Notes under the pieces: generated by a model
Told to the model about the DNA's origin: nothing
What the model saw: the letters and a program-made list of their open reading frames with translations, nothing else
Databases searched by the model: none
Translations under genes and position numbers: made by a program
DNA from: the human T2T-CHM13v2.0 reference genome, Homo sapiens
Direction: 5' to 3' (one strand)
Length of the DNA stretch: 64,000 nucleotides
Assembly (NCBI RefSeq): GCF_009914755.1
Contig: NC_060934.1
Shown here: piece by piece, positions 62,900-64,000 of the stretch
Position numbering within the stretch: position 1 is the stretch's first letter
Layout: each line of letters begins with the position of its first letter

Positions 62900-63060
62900 A
62901 TAGGAAATGCTAATTCTATCCCCACCTGCAGCCCATTAGGTTGTGTTCTCTAAAACTGGGCAACTTTCAGCTATGAATCCACGAGAAAAGAAAAGATGGT
63001 GTTTTTCTATAACACTGTGTGGCCACAGTGTCCTTTAGATTTCAGAGAGAAATGGCTAAA
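62900..63060 (+). pseudogene. gag: Gag matrix N-terminus remnant
   Basis: Translates (I)GNANSIPTCSPLGCVL*NWATFSYESTRKEKMVFFYNTVWPQCPLDFREKW; ATG has become ATA and there is an in-frame TAA at 62951. Confidence 0.8.
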
Positions 63061-64000
63061 ATGGGCTTCTCAATCATTAAGGAATGCCAGGTTTTCTGGG
63101 ACTCCAGCCGGCTACATATTATTGTTCATTCTAGCACACATTTTAAAACTGATGGCCTAATTACATCAAAGAAAATTCAGAGCTCAAATAGTTATTATTC
63201 AAAAACCTGTAACTAATGAATTAACATGTAGTCTTCTAAAGTTATCTGCGTATCTCCCTATTTTTTTCTGCCTATTTTGAATCTGCTGACTTTTCTACTG
63301 GTATTGTGATAAAGCTTACTGTTCATGCTGCTACTAAATCATGGTCACTTGGCTAAAAGATTTTAAAAAGATGAAAGAGGTCTTTTAAAATCAAACTGAC
63401 ATGGAAAGTGCATTTTTTTTAACCTACTGGGGCATATAAAGCATAGCCATGTGAACAGGTTCCAGTTTTGTCAGAAACATAAGTTGGATCCAACTGTCTT
63501 GTTTATGTATACATATGCATTATGTTATCTGTTGCATTTACATGGTAGCAAACTGGATTATAAATAAATACTCATAAATTAAATAAATAAGCCGAAATGA
63601 TTTTTAAGTTCATGTGACTTTAAAAATCTTTGGCAAATAAATAATTTTTAAATTATTGAAAAAAATGAAATAAAAACATCTTCAACATTTAGATACTTTA
63701 AGGTCATAAAGCTGTTGCTTCTATAATATTTTTTCTATTTGCTTAATATGTCTTTGGAAGAAAAATGAGATGAATTACTGTATGTTCACTCTTTTATGTT
63801 GCTATACCTGAATAAGCCTATATGAAAAACAAATTGTAAGATTATAGTTCAACAGGAAAGAGAGACAAAGAAACCTATTCTGTCTAATTCTAATGAAAAG
63901 GAGTACCCCCTTATAGTGGCATTGTCCCATCTCTACTTCCTGAGCCACAGTCCCAGATTTCAGCTCCCTCTGTCCCCAAAGGCCAGGAGATAAAATCGTG

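Larger units (their letters stand above)
62428..64000 (+). mobile_element. MER4-group ERV1 internal region (leader, gag remnant, AT-rich internal sequence); runs off the window
   Basis: PBS, Gag MA remnant and TTCTGGGACTCCAGCCGGCTACATATTAT. Confidence 0.8.

Overview
This is AT-rich, repeat-dense primate genomic DNA, catarrhine and most likely human or ape given AluY, an AluYd-type 12-bp deletion and LTR12C. I find no supportable host protein-coding exon, RNA gene, CRISPR array or intact autonomous element. Every ORF in the track is a decayed L1, Tigger1 or ERV fragment, a GC-rich LTR read-through, an Alu or microsatellite translation, or a short ORF with no recognisable product. More than half the window is interspersed repeat. 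DNA transposons: MER2, Tigger3b, MER20, MER58A, a full-length Tigger1, MER91A, MER5 and a MADE1 scar. L1s of several ages, including a twin-primed L1PB. Seven Alus. Solo LTRs: MER52, MSTA, three same-strand LTR12-family LTRs, MER66 and MLT1A0. Two decayed MER4-group ERV1 proviral pieces, one with a readable env immunosuppressive domain and one with a PBS and Gag MA start. I did not find a new biological system. The best leads are small structural events: a 45-bp-perfect dispersed duplication, the LTR12 cluster, a mismatched-LTR fused provirus, a MADE1 deletion scar and a possible L1 3' transduction. Subfamily names come from my recall of consensus sequences, not from a RepeatMasker run.
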